From the NCBI GenBank assembly GCA_963816395.1, contig CAWFKQ010000004.1:32001-96000 (forward strand): 64,000 nucleotides of DNA, given 5' to 3'. Below are positions 58,165-64,000 of the stretch, piece by piece. Positions within the stretch are counted from its first letter, which is position 1. Each line of letters opens with the position of its first letter. The translations under genes were made by a program, and so were the position numbers. This DNA comes from an uncultured delta proteobacterium. GTDB taxonomy: Bacteria > Desulfobacterota > Desulfuromonadia > Desulfuromonadales > JACZKF01. Under the pieces are notes generated by a model. It was not told where the DNA came from and did no database searches. It saw nothing but the letters and a program-made list of their open reading frames with translations.

Positions 58165-58782
58165 ATGGCGGAGATCATCGATATCCGCGGGCGGCGCCGG
58201 CGAGGCGTTCCGGCGGGGAGCCCGGGGGAGGAGGGCGGCGGGGCGCTGTTTCGGGTACGGCTGGGAGGCCCGGACCTGCACTGGGTCGGTCTGGTCGGCG
58301 GCATCCTGGCCGGGGCCCTGGCGATGGAGGGGTTTCATACGGTCTTCGAGCAACTGGCGGCGCCCGCCGGCATGCCGCCCGTCCTGGGCCTGCGCAGTGG
58401 GCGGCAGAGCGCCATGGAGATGGATTCCGACCCGGCTCCGGGCCTGGTGGTCGCCGGCAGCGGGTTATGTGCTGCCGTCCTCCGGGGATGCGACAACAGA
58501 ACCGTACTACTGATGCCCCTGGAGGGGGAGCGGCGGATCGCTTTTGTCGGCAGGGAAGTGCCGCTGCCGGTTGCCGACTTGGCCGCGGAGCCGCTCGGGA
58601 TCGCCATTGCCTGTGCCGGCGGTGCCGCCCGTCTGCTGGGAGTGATCGGTATGTGGGAGCTGGAGCAGGCCCTGTGCGCGGAATTGGCCCTGGTTGCCGG
58701 CCTTGAGCGGCACCTCGCCATGGCCGTTGCGGCCTACGACCGGCTTGCCCCCTGGGCCGGAACAGTGCCGGAACTGACATAG
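58165..58782 (+). CDS. hypothetical protein resembling a degenerate 2-oxoacid:ferredoxin oxidoreductase gamma subunit
   Basis: GGAGG RBS; FRVRLGG....GLVGGILAGALAMEGF and ACAGGAARLLGVI..ELEQAL..EL...AYD patterns. Confidence 0.5.
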   Translation: MAEIIDIRGRRRRGVPAGSPGEEGGGALFRVRLGGPDLHWVGLVGGILAGALAMEGFHTVFEQLAAPAGMPPVLGLRSGRQSAMEMDSDPAPGLVVAGSGLCAAVLRGCDNRTVLLMPLEGERRIAFVGREVPLPVADLAAEPLGIAIACAGGAARLLGVIGMWELEQALCAELALVAGLERHLAMAVAAYDRLAPWAGTVPELT

Positions 58783-58791
58783 TTTCTCTTC

Positions 58792-59139
58792 TCAGGCGAG
58801 CAGCGCCTCCACCTTGGCCGCGCAGATGAAGTCGTTCTCGGAGAGGCCGCCGATGGCATGCGTGGTGTAGCTGACGCGGCAGGTATTGTAACCGACCTGG
58901 AGGTCGGGATGGTGGTTCTCCCGCCGGGCGATCCAGGCCACGGCATTGACGAACCCCATGGTCTGATCGAAGTTCTTGAAGCGGAAGAGTTTCCCGATCG
59001 CCCCTTCCGTCTTCTCCCAGCCGGCGAGACTGGTCAGCAGGCGGTCGGATGCCGCGTCCTCCAGGGGCGGCATCCCGCCCTCGCAGGGGGTGCAGTGACG
59101 CGCCGTCAGATCGCCTTTCTCGCCGTTTTCCCCGGCCAT
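58792..59139 (-). CDS. pterin-4-alpha-carbinolamine dehydratase
   Basis: CTPCEGG, ENHHPD, THAIGGLSENDFICAAK. Confidence 0.93.
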   Translation of the reverse strand: MAGENGEKGDLTARHCTPCEGGMPPLEDAASDRLLTSLAGWEKTEGAIGKLFRFKNFDQTMGFVNAVAWIARRENHHPDLQVGYNTCRVSYTTHAIGGLSENDFICAAKVEALLA

Positions 59140-59362
59140 TGTCCTTTCTCCTTTCCCGGCCCCCTTTTCCCTGTCGTCTCACGGGGCCAGTCCTCCCTTC
59201 ATACCCGCCAAAGGCAGGCGTGTCAATTATGACCTCTCCGCGGCCGGGTTCGCATTGGCCATGGATGGCCTCTTTTCTTTTGCGCCAGGCCGGGTTACAA
59301 TGCGTTCGCTAGCGTTTTGCTGCCTGTACAATCCTGCCACCCTCTCGAGTATGCGTTGTATT

Positions 59363-60538
59363 ATGACGGTTTCCCGCCTCTGCCGCCGCTTGCCCTTCGT
59401 TTCCCTTCTGCTCCTGCTGGGCCTTGCCGCCTGCGCCCCGCCGCCGGCAGCCGTTCCGGTTCCCGCGCCGGTCGAGAAACCGCCGCCCACCTTGCAGCCG
59501 GTTGCCTGGAGTGAGGTCGACGGCTGGCTGCAGGAAGAGCCCGGGCCGGTTCTCCCCGTCTTCCTGCGCAGTTGCAAGGTGCTGCGGCAGCGCGCCGGCT
59601 GGGAGTCGGTCTGCGCTACGGCCGCCGGACTCGACCCTGCCGACAGCGTCGGCGTGCGGGCCTTTTTCGAGAGCCGCTTTCTCCCTTACCGGGTCAATAA
59701 TCCGGACGGCAGCGACAGCGGTCTGGTGACCGGCTATTACGTGCCGGATCTGCGCGGCAGCCGCACCCGGACCGAACTCTATCGCTACCCGGTTTACGGC
59801 GTCCCGGACGACCTGCTGGTCATCGATCTGCGCAGCCTGTATCCGGAGTTGGGGAATTACCGGCTGCGCGGGCGCCTGGAAGGGCGCCGGGTGGTTCCCT
59901 ATTACGACCGGAGCGCCATCGACGGAGAAAAGGAGCCCCTGCAGGGGAATGAGATCTGCTGGGTGGAGGACCCGGTGGAGCTTTTTTTCCTGCAGATCCA
60001 GGGGTCCGGGCGGATCAGCCTGGAGAATGGCGAGCGCTTCATGCTCAACTATGCCGACCAGAACGGCCACCCCTATCGCTCGATCGGCAAACTTCTGCTG
60101 GCGCAGGGAGCGATGACGCCGGACCAGATGTCGATGCAGAACATCAAGACCTGGGCCGCCAGCCACCCGCAGCAGGCCGGCAAGCTGCTCTGCGAGAACC
60201 CCAGCTACATCTTCTTCCGTGAACTCGACGGGATCGACAACCCGCCCGGCGCCCTCGGCGTCCCCCTGACCCCGCAACGCAGTCTGGCCGTCGATCCCCG
60301 CAGCATTCCCCTGGGCGCGCCGGTTTTCCTGGCCACCACCTGGCCGACCAGCCCGGTTCCCCTGAAGCGTTTGATGGTTGCCCAGGATACCGGCGGTGCC
60401 ATTAAGGGGGCGGTGCGGGCCGATTTCTTCTGGGGGGTGGGGAAAGAAGCCGGCGATTATGCCGGACGCATGAAGCAGCAGGGGCGGATGTGGGTTTTCC
60501 TGCCTGCCGAGATGAAGGTTAACCTGGCAAACAAGTAA
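59363..60538 (+). CDS. mltA: membrane-bound lytic murein transglycosylase A
   Basis: lipobox LAAC, TGYY, QIQGSG, NPSYIFF, QDTGGAIKG, DFFWG. Confidence 0.95.
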   Translation: MTVSRLCRRLPFVSLLLLLGLAACAPPPAAVPVPAPVEKPPPTLQPVAWSEVDGWLQEEPGPVLPVFLRSCKVLRQRAGWESVCATAAGLDPADSVGVRAFFESRFLPYRVNNPDGSDSGLVTGYYVPDLRGSRTRTELYRYPVYGVPDDLLVIDLRSLYPELGNYRLRGRLEGRRVVPYYDRSAIDGEKEPLQGNEICWVEDPVELFFLQIQGSGRISLENGERFMLNYADQNGHPYRSIGKLLLAQGAMTPDQMSMQNIKTWAASHPQQAGKLLCENPSYIFFRELDGIDNPPGALGVPLTPQRSLAVDPRSIPLGAPVFLATTWPTSPVPLKRLMVAQDTGGAIKGAVRADFFWGVGKEAGDYAGRMKQQGRMWVFLPAEMKVNLANK

Positions 60539-60570
60539 GTAGTGAGATAGCGAGGTAGTGAGATAGTAAA
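60534..60570 (+). repeat. period-8 half element (forward arm only) containing the mltA stop
   Basis: AGTAAGT AGTGAGAT AGCGAGGT AGTGAGAT AGT. Confidence 0.72.
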
Positions 60571-60583
60571 AAAGGAGAGACCC

Positions 60584-60940
60584 ATGGCGCCGCGACTGTA
60601 CGATCTGCCCCCCGACTGGCCGCTGCTGCGGCCGTCGCTGACCCGCGGCGTCGCCGCCTGGTCCCTGCTGCCGGCCGGTTGGCAGGCCGAACGGATCGCC
60701 GTCGCCCGGGTGGAGCCTGGCGGCGAGTTCCCCCCGCACCGCGACGATTATCACCACGTTTTCTGGTTCCTGGCGGGGGAGGGGGAGGGGATCCTGGCGG
60801 AGGAAGTCTATCCGATTTATCCGGGGCGGGTGGCGGAGGTGCCGGCGGGGACGGCGCACGGCTATCGCAACACCGGTGGCGAGGATCTGCTCCTGCTGTC
60901 CATCAATGCCAGGAGGGAAGCGGCGGGAAACCCGGAGTAA
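60584..60940 (+). CDS. cupin domain protein
   Basis: PPHRDDYHHVFWFLAGEG and VPAGTAHGYRNTG motifs. Confidence 0.85.
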   Translation: MAPRLYDLPPDWPLLRPSLTRGVAAWSLLPAGWQAERIAVARVEPGGEFPPHRDDYHHVFWFLAGEGEGILAEEVYPIYPGRVAEVPAGTAHGYRNTGGEDLLLLSINARREAAGNPE

Positions 60941-60966
60941 CATCCCGCCGCACCCTTCCGAATGCC

Positions 60967-61001
60967 AGGGCGAACCGGTTCACCGCCGGTCCGCCCTTTT
61001 T
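60967..61001 (+). terminator. intrinsic terminator between cupin and aroK
   Basis: AGGGCGAACCGG ... CCGGTCCGCCCT followed by a T run. Confidence 0.6.
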
Positions 61002-61005
61002 CGTC

Positions 61006-61518
61006 TCAGTCTGCCGCCTTCAGCAGCTCGACGATTTCCGTTGCCAGCTCTTCCACCGATTTGCCGCGGCCGTCGACGGTCAGGTCGGCATGGCGGCGGT
61101 AGAGAGGGAGGCGCTGGCGGTAGAGATCGGCGAAGGACTGGCCGGGGTCGATGACCATTCCCCGGCTGTCCATGTCGCGGATGCGGCGGGCCAGCTCCGC
61201 CTGGGGCAGATCGAGAAAGACAGTCGTTCCCCGGCGCTTGAGAGCCGCCATTGCCGTCTCGCTGTAGACCGCCGAGCCGCCGGTGGCGATCACCGTGCCG
61301 GCCGTCTCCAGGCCGAGCAGCAGCGCCTCTTCCAGGCGACGGAAGGCAGTCAGGCCGTCGCTGTCGATGATCTCCTGCAGCCGCCTGCTCTGGCTGGCCT
61401 GCAGGAGGATGTCGGTATCGATAAAGGAGAAACCGAGCCGTTTGGCCAGGACCACGCCGACGGTGCTCTTGCCGGCACCCGGCATGCCGATGAGGACGAC
61501 GTTATTCCGGTTGTTCAT
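61006..61518 (-). CDS. aroK: shikimate kinase
   Basis: GMPGAGKST, DTD, FRRLEE, ATGGS, R.PLY. Confidence 0.9.
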   Translation of the reverse strand: MNNRNNVVLIGMPGAGKSTVGVVLAKRLGFSFIDTDILLQASQSRRLQEIIDSDGLTAFRRLEEALLLGLETAGTVIATGGSAVYSETAMAALKRRGTTVFLDLPQAELARRIRDMDSRGMVIDPGQSFADLYRQRLPLYRRHADLTVDGRGKSVEELATEIVELLKAAD

Positions 61519-61547
61519 CGGAACGGGCCTGCATGGCAGGCTTTGCT

Positions 61548-61578
61548 CTCTCACTATCTCGCTACTCACGACCTCACT
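61548..61578 (-). repeat. period-8 half element (reverse arm only) containing the quinone oxidoreductase stop
   Basis: CTCTC ACTATCTC GCTACTC ACGACCTC ACT. Confidence 0.68.
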
Positions 61579-62560
61579 GAAGTTTAAGAACAATCTTCCC
61601 GAAATGCCGGTCTTCCTCCATCATCCGGTGGGCTTCCTGCACCTGGTCGAGGGGGAAGACCTTTTCGATGATCGGCACGATGCTGCGGTCGGCGAAGCGG
61701 GGCAGTGCCCGGCGGGTGAACTCGGCGGCGATCTCCCCCTTTTCCGCCACCGGCCGCGAGCGCAGCACCGAGCCGATGATCTGCTGCCGCTTGACCATCA
61801 TCAGCGCCAGATTGAGCTCGGCCTTGATGCCGCTGATCACGCCGATAATCACCAGCCGGCCGGTGTAGCCGAGGGAGTTCATGTTGGGCGCCAGGTACTT
61901 GGCCCCGACGTGGTCGAGGATCAGGTTGACCCCCTTCTTGTTCGTGAACTCCTTGACGATCTCGGTGAAATCGGGATTTTGAGTATAGTCGATGACCAGG
62001 TCGGCGCCGAGCTGCTTCACTCTCTCGATCTTGTTCGGGTGGGCGGTGACGATCAGCTTGCAGCCGGGAGCGAGGGACTTGCACAACTGGATGCCGGCGG
62101 TGTTCACGCCGCCGCCGCCGCCGTGCAGGATCGCCGTCTGCCCTTCCCGGAATTCGCCGATCAGGAAGATATTGAGGAAGGCGGTGATATACGATTCACA
62201 GACGCAGGCAGCCTCCTCGAAGCTCATGCTCTGGGGGATCGGCAGCAGGTGGCTGGCGTACGCCACCGCATATTCGGCATAACCGCCGCCGCCGACCAGC
62301 GACATGACCCGATCCCCCACCTGCCAGCCGCTCACGCCCGGCCCCAGTTCCTCGATCATCCCCGCCACCTCCAGGCCGAGAATCTCCGAATCACCGGGAG
62401 GCGGCGGGTATTTCCCTTCACGCTGCACCAGGTCCGGGCGATTGATCGAAGTGGCCGCCACCTTGATCAGGACCTGGTCCGCCGCCGGGGCGGGTTTTTC
62501 CGCTTCCCCCACCCGTAACACCTCCACCCCGCCAAAACCCTCGAGCAGCACCGATTTCAT
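61574..62560 (-). CDS. NAD(P)H-quinone oxidoreductase (PIG3/zeta-crystallin family)
   Basis: INRPD..QREGKYPPP, LGLEVAG, HGGGGGV, HFGKIVL. Confidence 0.92.
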   Translation of the reverse strand: MKSVLLEGFGGVEVLRVGEAEKPAPAADQVLIKVAATSINRPDLVQREGKYPPPPGDSEILGLEVAGMIEELGPGVSGWQVGDRVMSLVGGGGYAEYAVAYASHLLPIPQSMSFEEAACVCESYITAFLNIFLIGEFREGQTAILHGGGGGVNTAGIQLCKSLAPGCKLIVTAHPNKIERVKQLGADLVIDYTQNPDFTEIVKEFTNKKGVNLILDHVGAKYLAPNMNSLGYTGRLVIIGVISGIKAELNLALMMVKRQQIIGSVLRSRPVAEKGEIAAEFTRRALPRFADRSIVPIIEKVFPLDQVQEAHRMMEEDRHFGKIVLKLQ

Positions 62561-62831
62561 AGTTCCTCCATCCGTCCTATTGCTAATCGTTAGAAATACC
62601 TGAATGATTATAGGGAAACCGGATCAGCTTGCAACCCAATTCGGTCACGATTCGGACATCTGCCCAATGCTCGAAAAAGTGTCAGGTGCCCCATTGTCTG
62701 TCTGGAGCTGCCGGTTATAATTGTTACCGCCCCCCGGGCAAAACCAAGGGAAAAATCCACCTGCGGAAAAGTAATGGAAATTTAACATTAGTATGTGATA
62801 TAAAAGCAAGATGATTCCCGGGAATGTCGCA

Positions 62832-63197
62832 ATGAAGAAAATCCTAGTCGTGGATGACCAACCGACCATCCGGCGCCTGGTGGAAATCAGCCTCCGTTCG
62901 GCGGACCGCCGCATTCTCGAGGCGGAAAGCGGCGAACAGGCCATTGAGATTGCCCAGGCGGAAAAGCCGGACCTGATCATCATGGATCTGATGATGCCCG
63001 GCGGGATGGACGGCTTCGAGGCGGTGAAGATCCTGAAGGGGCAGGAAGCCACGCGCGACTGCCCGGTACTGGTGCTTACCGCCAAGGACCAGAAGGCGGA
63101 GCGCCAGCGCGCTTTTGAGATTGGCGCCGGCGATTATCTGGCGAAACCGTTCAAGCTCGATATGCTGATGCAGAAGGTGGAAAACCTGCTCGGTTGA
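62832..63197 (+). CDS. single-domain response regulator
   Basis: ILVVDD, DLMMP, LTA, KPF; no output domain. Confidence 0.92.
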   Translation: MKKILVVDDQPTIRRLVEISLRSADRRILEAESGEQAIEIAQAEKPDLIIMDLMMPGGMDGFEAVKILKGQEATRDCPVLVLTAKDQKAERQRAFEIGAGDYLAKPFKLDMLMQKVENLLG

Positions 63198-63316
63198 TGT
63201 CCTGGGCGATCCCTCCTCCCGCCGGCGATGCCGGCATCGTTTCCTCCCTTTCATGCGGCGCAACCGCACCCGAAGCATGCCCTCGTTCAAAGAGATCTTC
63301 GGGCAACGGATTGATC

Positions 63317-63363
63317 TTGACGCCTTTGCTGCCCCTGTTAAAGTTTAACATTATTTAATGATA
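63317..63363 (+). promoter_or_regulatory. putative promoter with a palindromic operator
   Basis: TTGACG-16-TAAAGT with TG extension; palindrome TGTTAAA-G-TTTAACA (63336-63350). Confidence 0.4.
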
Positions 63364-63379
63364 GGCTGCGGGGGTGTCG

Positions 63380-63538
63380 ATGGGAAACCGGACGGGGAAG
63401 GAAAAAGCTGCCTTGGCGGCCGCTTTTCTCATAATTCTGGTCACGTTTATTGTGGAACTGGCGATGCTTCCCCGGGAAGATCACCCGCCCTTCCACGGCA
63501 AGGCGGTGGAGATTGGCGCCATCACCCCGGGAGAATAG
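63380..63538 (+). CDS. putative 52-aa single-pass membrane protein
   Basis: GGGGGT RBS; MGNRTGKEKAALAAAFLIILVTFIVELAMLPREDHPPFHGKAVEIGAITPGE*. Confidence 0.5.
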   Translation: MGNRTGKEKAALAAAFLIILVTFIVELAMLPREDHPPFHGKAVEIGAITPGE

Positions 63539-63577
63539 ATTCTCGACCGTAGCCGGGGAATCGGCTATGATGGCGCC

Positions 63578-64000
63578 ATGGTTCTCGCCATCCTCTACCT
63601 TTTATTTCTCGCCTGCGGGCTGTTTCTCGATGCCCTCAACCTTCGCCATCTGCATCGGCACGGCGGCGAAGTGCCGCCTGTTTTCGCCGGGGCCATCGAC
63701 GCCGCCACTCTGGCCCGGACCTCCGCCTACACCGTCGAGCTGAATCGGTTCGGTCTGATCGAGACCCTGGTCGACAGCCTGCTTCTGCTCCTTTTCCTCT
63801 TTGGCGGCCTGCTCCCCCTGTACGATCGCTGGATCGCCGGCCTTACCGACTCATTCCTCGGCGGCGGGCTCCTCTTCTTCCTCGGCCTGCTGGTGGCCAA
63901 GACCATCGTCGGCATCCCTTTCAGCCTCTATCGCACCTTCCGCATCGAAAACCGCTACGGCTTCAATACCACCACGCCGCGTCTCTGGCTGAGCGACCTG
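63578..64000 (+). CDS. M48 (Ste24-like) metalloprotease, 5' part, runs off the window
   Basis: LNLRHL, multiple TM segments, IPFSLYRTFRIENRYGFNTTTPRLWLSD typical of the Ste24 N-terminal domain. Confidence 0.85.
   Translation, partial: MVLAILYLLFLACGLFLDALNLRHLHRHGGEVPPVFAGAIDAATLARTSAYTVELNRFGLIETLVDSLLLLLFLFGGLLPLYDRWIAGLTDSFLGGGLLFFLGLLVAKTIVGIPFSLYRTFRIENRYGFNTTTPRLWLSDL

Overview
GC-rich chromosomal segment, most likely from a Desulfuromonadales/Geobacter-like deltaproteobacterium (inferred from gene order and protein style). Most of it is housekeeping: dapL-dapB-dapA, arg genes, hslUV, alaS-recX-pilT-recA-thpR-cinA-pgpA, larCB, ftsK, rnj, ssb, coaE, iclR, usp, an ActP-like symporter, truD, trmB, aroF, fprA, priA, mltA and aroK. 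Many essential genes carry single-base frameshifts, most simply explained as uncorrected long-read errors. The first ~6.2 kb is accessory. It holds a SEC-C protein, a RAYT/Y1 transposase with a duplicated 5' end, and an AT-rich three-gene operon: a MoaA-like radical SAM enzyme, a GreA/GreB-like factor and a CMPK2-like nucleotide kinase split by an ISL3 element (23-bp IRs, 8-bp target duplication). This operon echoes the viperin + CMPK2 arrangement without being a canonical viperin and is the best candidate for an undescribed nucleotide-modifying, possibly anti-phage, system. Intergenic spaces hold many period-7, -8 and -9 repeat hairpins that usually overlap or abut stop codons. No tRNA, rRNA or CRISPR array was seen.
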